From Eukaryota sp. GEM-RC1 (lineage: Eukaryota), in contig JAUFOQ010000002.1 in NCBI GenBank assembly GCA_040285855.1, positions 682,001 to 746,000 of the forward strand: a stretch of DNA of 64,000 nucleotides, written 5' to 3'. The first letter of the stretch is position 1; every line of letters starts with the position of its first letter. The notes beneath the pieces were generated by a model, which searched no databases, was not told where the DNA came from, and worked only from the letters and a program-made list of their open reading frames with translations. This document shows, piece by piece, positions 36,075 to 48,700 of this stretch. The translations under genes were made by a program, and so were the position numbers.

Positions 36075-36553
36075 TACCACCAGGAACTCCAAAGATCACT
36101 TATGTTATATGACTTTTTGGACATTCTTTGTGATGTGCATCATCTTGCAAATTTTTGTTACATTTCCAATACTAAAGTCTTTACAACAACAAAAAAGACA
36201 ATGATGATACCAAATCTTTAGCAGATTGAACCCACAAACAATTATCTAGACTGGAATTCAACAAAGTAATGTCATCCGTTAAGAAACACATTGCGGTCTG
36301 TTTGTACAAACAAACGTTTTATTAATGAACGACTTCATTTTTCAAGAAGTCAAATTGACCACACGAAATACAGCAATTTTGACTTGATTCAGATCAAAAC
36401 GCACATTTTGGGAATGAACCAAAAAAGATACTAGACTTGACTCAAGAGTTACATACAGTTCGAGAAATACATAGAACGAACACGTCACATCACAAAGAAT
36501 GTGTTAGAAGAACAAAAGGAAAATGGGATTTTGTGCGTCAGTATTTTCCTCAC

Positions 36554-37687
36554 ATGTATCAACAACCCAATCCTCAATACGGTCAACCCCAACCCTATAT
36601 GGGTCAACAAATGGGACAGCCCATGATGCAACAACAACCTGTTTGTTTCGTTTTGTGAACTCATTCCAGATGCAACAATCTTATCACCCTCAACCACAAA
36701 TGCATGCTCCTATGTACACTGTTAGTGGTTTCCGAAACCTCCCAAGAAGAAGCAAAAGGGAATCTGTGCAAGTATGTGACTTTCTGACACTCAATTCAGC
36801 TTGTTGTACCTGCTGCTGTGTTATACTCATCATCATCATTGCAGTCCTGGCTTTCGGTGCCGCTGTCTGTGCTAGTCTCGAGACCCAAAGGACCGAAACG
36901 TATACATACGACAAGTGGATGACCTCCGTTAACATTAAAGCTCACAGAGGTGATGTCGAGTTTGTTTATGGAGATTTCGCTGAACCAAAACTTATCATCA
37001 CTGTCCGAAATAACAGAGATGAACCACTTCCTATGGAACTAGAATCAGCTGAAGGCGGAAATTTGTTCTTCTTGGCAAACGATGGTGCCTCATATTTGCA
37101 AGACTGCTTTACAGTGCGTGTAAAGGTTGAATTACCCAACGATTTTATTGGATTTGATGGTACTGGAACCATATATAACTTCAATACCGAGTTCTCCTCC
37201 GCAACTACCGCCGTCTCCAGTAACCCCCCTCAAATTCGGAAGTAAGACAGTTAAATTCAATTCTGCTAAATTGATTGCTAAATCAGGAACTGCAACTGGA
37301 AAGGCAGAGTTCCATGGTACTAACACTTTGGAAGCCACAACTGATGCAACTATTGAAATGGGATATGGTTCTACTCTTACAATCAAAACACAATTCGGAA
37401 GCCAAACCGTTCAAGTTACCGGTACTCATTACTACACTCCCAACAATGGCTGGACCCTTAACCAGGAAACTGAAAGAGGAAATATTGTCACAACATTCCC
37501 CAATGTCTTTGAAGGTAGAATAGCTAAAGAGGGTGACGTCGCTGTATCAGTTAATGGAACTGACAAAGTTTGCACCAACCTTCCTTTAACTCTGGGAGCT
37601 GATTCCTCCAGACTCAACATCAAAAGAACAACTGGCAGTGGTTCGTCTGAGGTTAGACTTACTCAGAATCTTGGTAGTCTTTGTTAA
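36554..37687 (+). CDS. Single-pass membrane protein: Q/P/M-rich N-terminus, Cys-rich TM segment, Thr/Gly-rich beta-strand C-terminal domain; intron 36641-36669, frameshift near 37228
   Basis: Removing the 29-nt GTTTGT...ACTCATTCCAG intron fuses MYQQPNPQYG...QQP in frame to MQQSYHPQ; TM segment CCTCCCVILIIIIAVLAFGAAVC. Confidence 0.8.
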
Positions 37688-37949
37688 TTGTAAATTTTTG
37701 AGTATAAATCGGACTTTTTGTTTTAGCGCTTTCTTTCTTTAACGGATACTTGTGATGTGATGTGTAAGATAAACAAAATTAGCGATCACACCATGAAACA
37801 ACTGGTCTTATGAATGATCAATCAATTCAAATTTTAAAGAATTCGATGATCTTTATGGACATATTGTTACAAAGACTTTGTCACCGTTTTATTTGGATCA
37901 AAATCACAGATAAAAATTTCGTAATAGTCGAGTAAACCACTGTTAAAAC

Positions 37950-38460
37950 TAGTGTTGCACCAAACGTTTCGGCGTTTCCCACGTTTCTGTTTCCGAAACG
38001 TTTCAGAAACGTTAATGACTCCAAGGAAACGCATCCGAAAGGTCAATAAATGTTTCCAGAACTTGATGATTACCGTTAATTTCTTGAAAAATATGGTCCG
38101 TTTATTGCAATTTATTGGTATTTATGTGAATGTTACCAATAAATTGAATGCACAGTAACAAACCGCTAACACGAAAACACTTGCTGACATAACTGTAGTT
38201 TGAGATCCAATGTTCTCTCGAAATTTCATAACATTCGGAAGTACAATCCCTAACAACATGTATAACATCGGCACAGCACATACAACAAAGAACTGGAAAA
38301 TACAAATTATACCAGTCAACCGGAATTTTTTCGAAGAGAGAATGTTGGTGGTAGAAATATTGAGATGTAAGACCATAATATGACGTTTCAGGAACGGAAA
38401 CGCGATTCCGAAACGTAAACGCGTTTCCACAAGATTTTTCACACGTTTCGTGCAACACTA
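37950..38460. mobile_element. hAT MITE (GAAACG subterminal repeats)
   Basis: TIR TAGTGTTGCAC / GTGCAACACTA; TSD GTTAAAAC (37942-37949, 38461-38468). Confidence 0.95.
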
Positions 38461-38468
38461 GTTAAAAC

Positions 38469-39323
38469 CATACTTGGAAAATACAAATACTGTATTTTTT
38501 TGTATTTTTGTATTTTTGTATCTATTTTTACTAAATCAATACTGTATTTTCTGTATTTTTATGGATAAAATGGTACCAGAACAATTTTTGGATAAAGATA
38601 TACTGTTCAATTGTCTCTATTTCTACGTGTTGTCCCTATTTTTGAAACATACTAGACACCAATTGGTCTTATCTTGATCATGAAGAGTCAAAAAGGCCGA
38701 AATGTCTTTCACATGGAACATTGGATAGGACTCTAGGCCTACAATTTTATTTAAGGTCAACTTTACAAAACCATAAACACTGTTGATTGCGTGAACCTCA
38801 ATAATTAACTACCAATGGAGTTAAGAGTATGCACATATGTGATGATCAAAAATCTCGTGTTGATGTACTTCATCTCGAGAACGAAGATGTTATTGATGAT
38901 GACAATGATGATACCATAGGCAACTATGTTTTATTGGAAGATGAATTGGAATCGCAAGTGCAAGTACTAGTAGTTGTTCTTGAAGAATAAATTGTTGTCA
39001 CAAACTCGTCTGATGATGAAGAATATCCCAATCCTCTTGCTGTTTTTGAGGAGCAACGACCTGTGGAATGGTTGAAAAAGTGTGTTGAAAATGCCTTCTT
39101 TTCTGCTCAGAAAAGAAGGCAAAGTGAATAATGGCTAAATGGTATTTGTTCGGTCTCTTTGATGTTTTGTTTAATTCCATAACATTTCAGTCATTGTCAC
39201 TTTTAATAAAAAAAAATCCCATTATGATTTTTGTGAAAGTTTTCTTGGGTCGAGTGATTTCGTATTTTTCTGTATTAAGTGTATTTTCTGTATTTTTTCC
39301 AGTGGTTGTATTTTCCAAGTATG
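38469..39323. mobile_element. hAT MITE (TGTATTTT subterminal repeats)
   Basis: TIR CATACTTGGAAAATACA / TGTATTTTCCAAGTATG; TSD GTTAAAAC (38461-38468, 39324-39331). Confidence 0.95.
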
Positions 39324-39433
39324 GTTAAAACAGAATTCTGTTCTTTGTTATATCCTGAAAAAATCATATATGCAATAATTTATTTTCAATAATTTACTTC
39401 TGTATTTGAAACAGTTCTGTAACGAATTAACCA

Positions 39434-41657
39434 CTATTTGACTAAAACTTTCCCCAAAGAAGACACTAACTTCGGTGGATACAGATCTGAATCACGCGCA
39501 AACTTAGAAAGAGACGTAATCAATGACGTATTTAACTCATCAATCGAGAAACCATTTGATTGGCACAACGAATGATATTCATCTAAATGGAGGAAAGCCA
39601 AAGAAGGAAAGTTTGAATCAGGCAGATTGAACTCTTGCTTATATTCATCACAAAGACATTTAAATTTAGCCATGATAAATTTAAAAATAGCTGTAAAATG
39701 ATGTCGGTACTGAAGGTACATTCGAAGTTCAAGAAGAAGTTCACTACATTTCTTGGTAACACGACCACTGAACATGGAATAAAAACCAACTAATTTACAA
39801 AATTCATCAATTGTTTCGTGTAGTTTGAGCTTGGTTGTATCAATGGTAATAGGTTTAACAAACAAAAACCTTAAAACATCAGAATATGAAAGTTCAATTC
39901 CTGATGTACACAAACAACCAAAATATTTGATAAAATTTGAAATATCTGCTGACACATCGTCATCTGACCCCTCACAAAGTGCTTGAGAGAATGACTTGCT
40001 TAAATCATCCAAAGATAAAACTTCCTTTTCCAGAAAATCAATCACATCATCATCAAGATGAGAGTCAATGAGCTCTTTTAAAGGACGCTGAATACCATCA
40101 TCATGAAAGAATCTCGAAGAAAACTCGGAGACAGTAATTGTTGCTCCGTTGAATATCTTATCGCGTATTTGTTTAATTTCAGACATCTTCACAGACGTAT
40201 CTAAGTCATCAGTAAGTTCTAGAATTGTTTCAAAAGAGAAAGTAAACGTGTTTGATTGATAGTCAGATCATTTTGATTCTTTTTCAAATCAGCAAAGTCC
40301 ATCCACCACGACTCGAACTCATTAAACAAGATGTTTGCTCTAAGTAAGTGAGTGAAAACACGATCTTGAAGGAGGGGGATGACTTCAGAAACAAAGGAAG
40401 ATTTTAAAAATTTCAAAATATGAGAGAAATCGTGGGAGCTGTCGAAAACTCTGGTATTTAGATAATCAATAATGACCTTGTAATCATTGATAGGGTCAAG
40501 AGAATTCAATTGACCAGGTTTAGTGGGTTCTGGAAAAGTCTTGGAAAATCGAGTTTTAGACAATTTTTTGAAAAATTTCAAAACTGAAGGATTCCGGAGC
40601 ATATCTGAACTCAGACCATTTGAGAAACTTTCAGACAGGTTTTTAGAATTTTCTAATTCCCCAGAAAATTTTAAATACAATCTGCTCCCGAGATAGTAAA
40701 GATCATTCGGGTAACAATCACAAAGAAAACTTGCCAAAAGTGGATAAACACGACGGTCAGAAACCCTCAGAAAAACGTGATCTGATTCAGAAGAGCTCTC
40801 TGCAATAGGAAGAATGATTTGAGGTAATGATTTTACAGAAGTAACATAAAAAGCGTCTTGGTTTAAAGTCATTGAAATTTCTGCAGAAATTTGAATTTCT
40901 CTTTCAATTACTTGAACAAAGTTTACCAATTGTAACACCTGATGTTGTGAGAGAGGTTTAGCCATAACAGATGACTCATCACTGACAACAGGAAGGTCAT
41001 CAACGATTAATTTGTCTGAAAATTTCAATTTTTTCAGACACTTTGTTTGATTTCCAATAACTGATTTGAGAAGTTTTCCATCAGTTTTTGATAGATACTA
41101 CGATTACAATAACTTTCTTGCTTGTCATTCATCAAAATCCCCACGGCTGAATTAATTCCAACGACAGAATGGTCACATGAAGAAGTGTCTGTAGTTTCAA
41201 TGAGAACAGAAAGAATTGGATCAATGAATTGCTGAACAACGATGACAAAAGCAGGAAGTAGAGAGAATTGGAAAGGAAGTGGTGTGGTAACAATGGTTTT
41301 AATGAAATCGACGGTGGAGGAAAACAAATCAGATGGGGAAATAGGGAAGACGGATGGAACTGAGGGGAAGTGTGGATCTGAAAAGAAACAGCTAATGGAG
41401 AGGAAGAGGTTACGAGTAGATGAGCCTAATTTGGATTCGAGATCAAGAATATTAGAGTTGATGAAAACTTCGAGAGCTTTGGCATCAGAGTCAGCTGAAT
41501 CAGATGAAGAAACAAAAGAGTAAAGCTCTGTGGGTATGGAAAACTGATTGGGAAGTCTAATTATAGGAAAATCCTTAGCATTATCACTAAGTACGGTAGT
41601 GAGTGAGTGATAGAGATCTGGTGTTGAAGTAGAGTTGGTCTCATCAAAGTTGGACAT
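39434..41657 (-). CDS. Hypothetical, probably alpha-helical protein (~740 aa after joining three ORFs)
   Basis: ORFs 41034..41735, 40219..41028 and 39434..40192 abut on one strand; likely start MSNFDE at 41657. Confidence 0.7.
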
Positions 41658-41711
41658 GTTGGTGACAACTTTTGAATTCTCAGCTACATAACTTCTTCTT
41701 TCTAGACCTCT

Positions 41712-42764
41712 ATGAAGTCCTCCATTATAGAACACATCCGTCTTTCACTGACACTTACTCCTTTTGATGTCTGCTGGATTCCAAACTCTACTCGTTTTGT
41801 TCTTCTAGGAGGTACTCCTCGTGACTATGGTGCCTTTGATGTTTACAAAATGTATAAAGGTGAACTACAGAATATCTCTAGATTTGAACACTCCAAACCT
41901 ATCAGATGTGGTTCTTTTGGTGCTACTCCACTTTCTTCTCGTTACATTGCCTTTGGTGATGCTGGAGGCTATCTCAATCTCGTTGATCCAGAACGTCCTT
42001 CTCGTCCACTCTTCAATGCACATGCTCATACTGGTATTCTGCATGCCCTATCTGCATGTGGTCCAGCAAACTCCTCTGGTGCACCTGAAGTAGCTACTGG
42101 TGGATCCGATGGCTTTGTCAAACTCTGGGACTTTAGACAAAACGATGGTCCTGTTGTAGACATTGAACCTTCGGAAGATTCTCAAGCAAGGGAGTGCTGG
42201 GCAGTGGCTCTAGGAGGATCCTTTGATGCTTACCATCGAACCCTTGTTTGTGGTTATGACAATGGGGATGTTAAGATGATTGATCTTAGAATGGGAAAGC
42301 TCACGTGGCAGACTAACGTTGGAGGAGGAGTGGTAGGGATGGAGTTTGATACTCTAGGAAGAGAGTTGAACAAGCTGGTGGTAACTAACCTTGATGGTTT
42401 TATCTCTGTTTATGATATCAAGACCTTTAATGAACAACGGGGATATCCTTTTGTTAAGAAAAAAGGACATGGTGGAACTGTGTGGAGAGTCAGACATCTT
42501 CCTGATGATAGAGATGTGTTTTGCACAGTTGGGGGCAATGGAGATGTCAAACTGTGGAAGTACCAGTATCCTGAGAACCGTGTGTTCATTGATAAAGAAG
42601 CAGGGGACAAGTACGGGGTTGCCGGCAAAATCAGAGAAATGACGTCATCAACCATCAGCACTCAGCCTGTATGTGCTTTTGATTGGCACCCTAACAAAAG
42701 TGGTTTAGCTGTTTGTGGATCTTTTGATCAGAGTATATCGGTGTTGTATGTAACAAATCTCTAA
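41712..42764 (+). CDS. WDR92: WD40 protein WDR92/Monad (dynein axonemal assembly factor 10)
   Basis: IIEHI...TPFDVCWIPNSTRFV, GAPEVATGGSDGFVKLWDFRQ, GYDNGDVKMIDLR, TVWRVRHLP..RDVF, LWKYQYP, STQPVCAFDWHPNKSGLAVCGSFDQ. Confidence 0.96.
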   Translation: MKSSIIEHIRLSLTLTPFDVCWIPNSTRFVLLGGTPRDYGAFDVYKMYKGELQNISRFEHSKPIRCGSFGATPLSSRYIAFGDAGGYLNLVDPERPSRPLFNAHAHTGILHALSACGPANSSGAPEVATGGSDGFVKLWDFRQNDGPVVDIEPSEDSQARECWAVALGGSFDAYHRTLVCGYDNGDVKMIDLRMGKLTWQTNVGGGVVGMEFDTLGRELNKLVVTNLDGFISVYDIKTFNEQRGYPFVKKKGHGGTVWRVRHLPDDRDVFCTVGGNGDVKLWKYQYPENRVFIDKEAGDKYGVAGKIREMTSSTISTQPVCAFDWHPNKSGLAVCGSFDQSISVLYVTNL

Positions 42765-42932
42765 GTGTTTTTTAATACGCGGAAATCTATTAAATTTAAA
42801 TTAACAAACCGACTTCATCTCCAATAAACAACAAACTACACAAAAAAACCCAACTATATGTATATGTACCAAACAAAAGACCAACCGTAATCAATTAAAG
42901 TCAATGTTAGAAGTCGCATCACCACACATTTC

Positions 42933-44279
42933 TTACCTTGACGACAAGAACTTCCTAGTCTTCTGAAACACTTCAAACGTATCATCTTCAGCCGCTTCTA
43001 CTGTCCTCACTGGCTTGAATACTAAATCTGGATAAACCTCTTGAAGAGGAATAACAAACTTGAAGGCAGTAGGATTAAGATTTCTATTGATTAGATTCTC
43101 AGTTACCAATACTTCCTTATCTAACACGACTTCCCCAGATCCTTCTTTCCTAGGAAATCCATAGTCCTCGTCAAACTGATTCTCGGGCTCTTGGAACATT
43201 ATATTCTCTTCTAGAGGGTCAAAATTAGGAAGGAAACGTTTCCACCGATCACTTCTGACCTCATGAGCAGGGCCTAAGAGAATCAGATTACTAGTGTTAA
43301 TTGTCCCTACAATTGGTCTCAAAGGATGCCAGGTCAGCGCTTTAACTCCTTCTTTAGGACCAGAAAAGGTCTTAATTAACGAATCAAATAGTACATTCCA
43401 AAGAAACAAACGTGAAGCTTCCATCTTAGACAAAGTACTTCCAAGAACATATTCATCATTCGGGGAAAAACAGAAACAACTCCACTTAGAATGGGTGATG
43501 GCGTCATGAAGGTCACTACAGTGAACAAGAGAGGAATCCTGACGTTTGTAAAGACGTGCTCGATGATCATCACAATTGAGGAGAACGTAGTTACCACTGG
43601 GAGAAACAACGAGAGAGGAGACTGGAGAGTTGATGGGGATTGTGTAAAGAGAAGTGTATGAGGGAAGAGATAGAAGGGAGAGTTTGGAAGAGGATTTTGG
43701 AGATGACGAGAGTCGACGAACGATGTATATGAAGTTACCACAGTTGGTGTATTGAGCTATAATGCGAGTAGATGACTTAGTGGAGGCTAATTGTTTGCAA
43801 GAAACAGGGATGAAGGTAGTTTCATCAAGTGAAATTACTCTAGGAGGTTCATTACGAGAGGAAACAATGAAGGTAAAAGGAGATCTAGAGAAAGAAACAG
43901 AAGTGATGCTGTCGTTGAGAGAGAGCTTCTGTAATAAAGAGGCAGATTGAGCATTCCATAGAGTAACTGAACCATCTTCTGATCCTACAAGAAGGAAAAA
44001 GGAACAATTTGACCATTCTATGGTTGATATTGGTGAAGTATGTACATTGAGAACAGTGGCAACAGATCTTGTGAAATAATCAACTATTGAGACTAAGCCA
44101 TTGGAATGTCCTACAGCAATATAACTACCGGAAGGATTGAAGCAACAGACAGTTCCGTCGTTGAGTTCTAGAACATCTTCTACAACCTCAGGAACATCAA
44201 CTGCAAGAGGTCTACCAAGTATGTCAACATGAGGTAAGTGAATGGTCGGATGACTGGAAGCGGGCTCCAAGTCTGACAT
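42933..44279 (-). CDS. RBBP5: COMPASS/Set1C WD40 subunit RBBP5/Swd1
   Basis: DILG...DVPEVVE, IVDYFTRSVA, LIKTFSGPKEGVKALTWHPLRPIV, WKRFLPNFDPLEENIMFQEPENQFDE. Confidence 0.93.
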   Translation of the reverse strand: MSDLEPASSHPTIHLPHVDILGRPLAVDVPEVVEDVLELNDGTVCCFNPSGSYIAVGHSNGLVSIVDYFTRSVATVLNVHTSPISTIEWSNCSFFLLVGSEDGSVTLWNAQSASLLQKLSLNDSITSVSFSRSPFTFIVSSRNEPPRVISLDETTFIPVSCKQLASTKSSTRIIAQYTNCGNFIYIVRRLSSSPKSSSKLSLLSLPSYTSLYTIPINSPVSSLVVSPSGNYVLLNCDDHRARLYKRQDSSLVHCSDLHDAITHSKWSCFCFSPNDEYVLGSTLSKMEASRLFLWNVLFDSLIKTFSGPKEGVKALTWHPLRPIVGTINTSNLILLGPAHEVRSDRWKRFLPNFDPLEENIMFQEPENQFDEDYGFPRKEGSGEVVLDKEVLVTENLINRNLNPTAFKFVIPLQEVYPDLVFKPVRTVEAAEDDTFEVFQKTRKFLSSR

Positions 44280-44329
44280 TTACAGAGGTACAATTTTGTT
44301 TTCGCGTTTTGTAAGAGATACATAACAGT

Positions 44330-45380
44330 ATCTATCAAGAATTTCGCTTGAAAGTACTTGGAGCTTCTATCTCAATCATCGCCGTGAGAGAGACTATGTT
44401 TATTAGGTACCCAATAAGGTAACCTTCCTACAAAACTATGAAATTGTAAAAACAAACATCTGTGATGAAATAGAAAATCTTGCTCCTGAGTTAATGGTCA
44501 CCTTGTTTTCCTGTTACTATCAAAGAAATTCTATATCGAAACATTGTGTCCTTAATATTTGCTTTAAAAAACTACAAAACTATTTATTAAAACATTTTGA
44601 AAGTTTAGATTTTACAGTTCGTCTCAGCTGAGGAAAAAATCCAGATTTTGCTAATTTTTTAATTGACTTAAAGGAGAGTTCTGATGTGGCATTAATTAAT
44701 GAAATTCCACAAGTGTATGGTTTTTTATTAAATGATCATCAATGGACCTACGATGCGACTTCGTTGTGATTTATAGTCATAACATTGGCCAAATGACTTC
44801 AATGTACCTGTCGAATACAATTAACGTTTTCTCATTTGTTCAGTTGTAATCGCTCGCTACATAACTTATCGATCGTGTATGCATGATGCTGTAAGAGATC
44901 AAATACATGCTGTGTGTAAGTCTTACAATATTGAGTCATTTGTTGAACCACTTCTAAGATCTATAGAACCAAATAATAATTGTAATGTCGAAAAACAGAA
45001 CCAATTTTTTGGTAAACGGAGATGTTGTTGTCCCTTCTTCTTCAGACAAATTGTTTGTTGTTGATGTAGTGTCGGTGGATGTTTGTAAAAAGACATCTTT
45101 AAAGAACGCTTACTCTGAACCTTCCCCTTTAGACATTTTTGAACAAGCCAAACAAGATAAGTACAAAACGCCATTGATGGCTCTACAACATGTAAAACAT
45201 GTTGAATAGGAGTTATTGTTTAAAACAATTACGATAATCATCTGCAAAACTTCACTACATTGTAGCTGTGAGTTCCTCTTACGAAAACAAAGCTGTAAGA
45301 CATGATAGCGACGGGTGCTGTTTTCATGATAACAAGATGTTTAGTCTATTACATTTATAAACATTAAAGTGTATAAAAAA
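44330..45380 (+). mobile_element. Degenerate CRE/R2-like non-LTR retrotransposon 3' half with A-rich tail
   Basis: SCNR...MHDAVRDQIHAVCKSYNIESFVEPLL, GDVVVP...VVDVVSVDVCK, AKQDKY RLE motif; tail ...GTATAAAAAA. Confidence 0.85.
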
Positions 45381-45553
45381 TACAATAGACTAATGTGTAT
45401 GTGAACATACCAAGAGAGAAACCCCCAGCAAAAACCAGACTGCTGGGGTTAACATGACAGAGTTAAGAGATTTGCTGTGAGCAGTCGATGAGAGTTGAAC
45501 CTTGTACATGGGCATTAGACCTTTAGACCAGCACAACTTACATTTAAAAAAAA

Positions 45554-46264
45554 GACTCTGGGTAAATGTACCACATTATGCACCATATATTCTATTTATT
45601 TTGTAAAATGCACCACAAAATGCAACTTGCACCACATAATATACTTTTCATTTTACAGAAGCAACAGTAAACACCATTTATAGATCAAAAAGACAAAACA
45701 TTGTCTTTGGCCTTGTTGGGTTGAATTCTTGTACGTCTAACAGGTAGTTCAAAGGTGAACGGATCTGGATTCTTAATGGGAGATCCAGAAAGTCTTCTCC
45801 GAGGTCTACGTGCAACAGAGAGCCCATGTTAGGAAGCTCCATAGGGAGAGAACACAATTGTTGCCTTAAGCAATCTTCGTCTAGGTTGCTTGGCTGAGAT
45901 TGTCATATCTTATTACACGGTTGTTCTCAATCTTTAACCACCTTATAAGAGGAGACCAATCCCTTGAGTTCGTTGATACAAGTGAGGTCATTTTGTTCAT
46001 TTACATGCTCAACCATACTATGGAACGATGTAAGTTTAGTCTTCTGTGTTCTCTTTTTCTTGATGTTAGATACATTCTGTTTGGTTAAAGTCCGTCATCC
46101 AAGGATCTTAAGTAATCCACAATTGTACAATGTTCAACATTAGTGTTGACCAGGGTATCTAATGTTCACTGGTGATGTGTGGTGTGGTTTTATTTATGTG
46201 GTGCATTTTGAATGTGGTGCATTTTACAAAATAAATAGAATATGTGGTGCATTTACCCAGAGTC
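45554..46264. mobile_element. Non-autonomous Mutator (MULE)-type element
   Basis: Long TIRs beginning GACTCTGGGTAAATG, with internal GCACCA repeats; 9-bp TSD TAAAAAAAA (45545-45553, 46265-46273). Confidence 0.9.
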
Positions 46265-46539
46265 TAAAAAAAACGGGGTTTATGATCAGTCAGTGAAATA
46301 AATGCATTTGCAGATGTTAATAACTAACAGACACTAACTAAAGTATCTAAACTATGATCCTTCTGTCCATCACCGAACAACTTACCTAAAATTGAATACT
46401 TACATTTTGAGTAAGTATCGAATCCACTCTAATCAATCAGTTGTATGACAAAAGACAGAAGAATCATAATTCAGCATTTCTAAACTAAGAAACTCCCTTG
46501 TTTCACTACTCCGTTTGGACACAGGAAGAATCTTTAGTA

Positions 46540-48700
46540 CGCATACTAACGGTGTTGCAAATGAATTGTAGTGGAAACAACACTACTATTGATTATAAGT
46601 ACATTGTAATTTTTTTTGGAATTCCGATTTTTATTGACAACAACACTACAGTGTACATACATCTAATAATCAATATCCTCAAAGTCCAGATTGCCTAACT
46701 GGAAATTCTCACCTACCTTATCCTCATACTGTCTGCCAAGAGATAATAGAGCGCTAGATACAGAAGTCACCATACCTTTAAAGATAGCAAACACAATTCG
46801 ACTTTTCCAAAATCTAAGATCAAAAGTCCTAGATGTTTTTTCTGTTACAATCTTCACAAAGATTTCAAATAATGATGTTGCAGATTCAGCTAAAGAACCG
46901 TACAGTGAAAATACAAAACGGTACAACAAGTAATTCGAGTGTGAAGCCGAATTCAATAATTTCAATTTAGCACAATATTTTTCTTTTTTAAATTGTTCCC
47001 CAATCAACAGAGGGTTTTTAGCCTTAGATTTAGCAAGTTTCTTGTTGGATTCAGACATGAAGTAGAGCTATTAGAAACATCCGTTAAGAAATTTGCAAAG
47101 TGGGATTTTTTTCGAAAGAGATTTTTCGAAGTCGAACATTATAATCCAAGCTTTCAAAAATATTTGCGAATTTCTGTTGTAATTTTTTCAGACAGAACTG
47201 AAGATTAGTCCAAGATCTTTCAGGTATTTCAGACACAGATTCTGGGAAACATTGAGACCAAACTTCAAAAGGTGATTTGATTAACGCTTCGTTTAAGTCA
47301 AATAAATATTTACATGAATTGGGGTTAATAACTGAAATATCATTAGAAATCGATTGACAAATTCAAAAATGAATTTTTTCCGCCCCCTAAAAAGAAGATT
47401 TGCAAAGAATTGAAGATTTGGTAAAACCATTACCACCAAAATGAGCAGACGTAAACAAATGACTTCTAAGTAACGTTGAATCAACTTCTAATAATGAAGC
47501 AAAAAGTTAATCCTCAACTCATTAAAAGATCTACAAAAGTTCAAAGCGATTGAAGGAGCAGTAGATCTCAAAAGATGTGTGATTTTTCCAGAGTAACAAA
47601 TTTTTAAAATAAAAAAACTTGATATGTTTTTCAATATCACATGAAGAAATTGTGTTGAGTTCTGAACTAATTTTTTTTTCAAACAATTAGATCATTCTTG
47701 AGAAATTTTGGGAACATTCCCAAGCCAACATCCTAGAAAACGAAAAGAGTCTTCAACATAATTGATAAATGGGATCTGAACTCCATTAATAAATAATTCT
47801 TGTGTAGATCTACCAATTAATAAACATTTGTCTGGGTCCAGAGATAAACCTAGTGTTTTATAAATATCAGCCACTTCCACAGCGACCTTTTTTAACAATT
47901 CATGGGGACCAATAATAGAAATATCATCCACATAGCCAACTATCTTAAGGTCTGGGTATTTTTTTAAAATACTCAAGAGAATCATGAATAGCCAAACAAA
48001 AGAAAAAAAGGACCAAGAGGATCTCCTTGTTTAACACCAGACATACATTTCAATGAATATGAATCATAAATTAAATCACTTGGTTTTCCATAAAATAAAT
48101 AAAAGTAAGACGTCAACTCAGGAAAGTCTTTTTCAATAGCAGCAAAAACAGATTTACGACTAACTGAATTAAAGGCATTTTTGAAATCAAGATTAAGAAT
48201 GAAATTATCATGTGAATTGAAAAACAAATCTGATGTTAAGGCAGCAACAGAAGCCCCGTCAATTGTCTTAATTCCAAACTGAAATGGAGACAAAAAGCGA
48301 CCCGCTTTATCGACCACTCGATTAAACACAATTGATACGAATAAACTAGAAATTGATTCTCCAACTGCAATTGGACGGATTCCATCAGGCTTAATTCCAT
48401 TAGTTGGTTTTACTAAAGCAATAAGTCGAGCAGCAGTCAATTCCATTGGAGGAATAACTTTCAAACAAACCATCTGTTGAAAGCAATTAGCAAGATCTTT
48501 AGAATATACACACAGAAAGTCTTCTTTTGGATGCAATTTCTGAACCGTTTCTGAATTTGGAATAGCCATTGCTGAAGAAAAGATGGACTTAACTCCAGAA
48601 CCATAACGACCACGAAGACATAATTTCCGGACCACCTTAGTGTTAGAAAATGATTTAACTTTGCCAGCACTTGATTTCCTTTACATCATTTTGTTTTTTT
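46540..48700 (-). mobile_element. CRE-clade-like non-LTR retrotransposon: RT + RLE, degenerate
   Basis: ARLIALVKP..GIRPIAVGE, SPFQFGI, LDFKNAFNSVSR, GVKQGDPLGP, GYVDDI, FRFLG; C-terminal KKEKY...FVFSLYGSL...FWKSRIVFAIFKG. Confidence 0.92.

Larger units (their letters stand above)
32822..36260 (-). mobile_element. Fragmented CRE-like RT remnant interrupted by MITEs
   Basis: QGDPLGSF, DYADDSSL, FRFLG, FAGKSNDFLRS; the reading frame resumes across the 33224-35332 insertion (LRSIDYSL-TKTFAKKFNSIRSNFL). Confidence 0.7.

Noticed and set aside
39434..41657. Naming this gene RINT1/Tip20 or ZW10
   Set aside because: Size and helical character fit, but there is no diagnostic motif I can verify.
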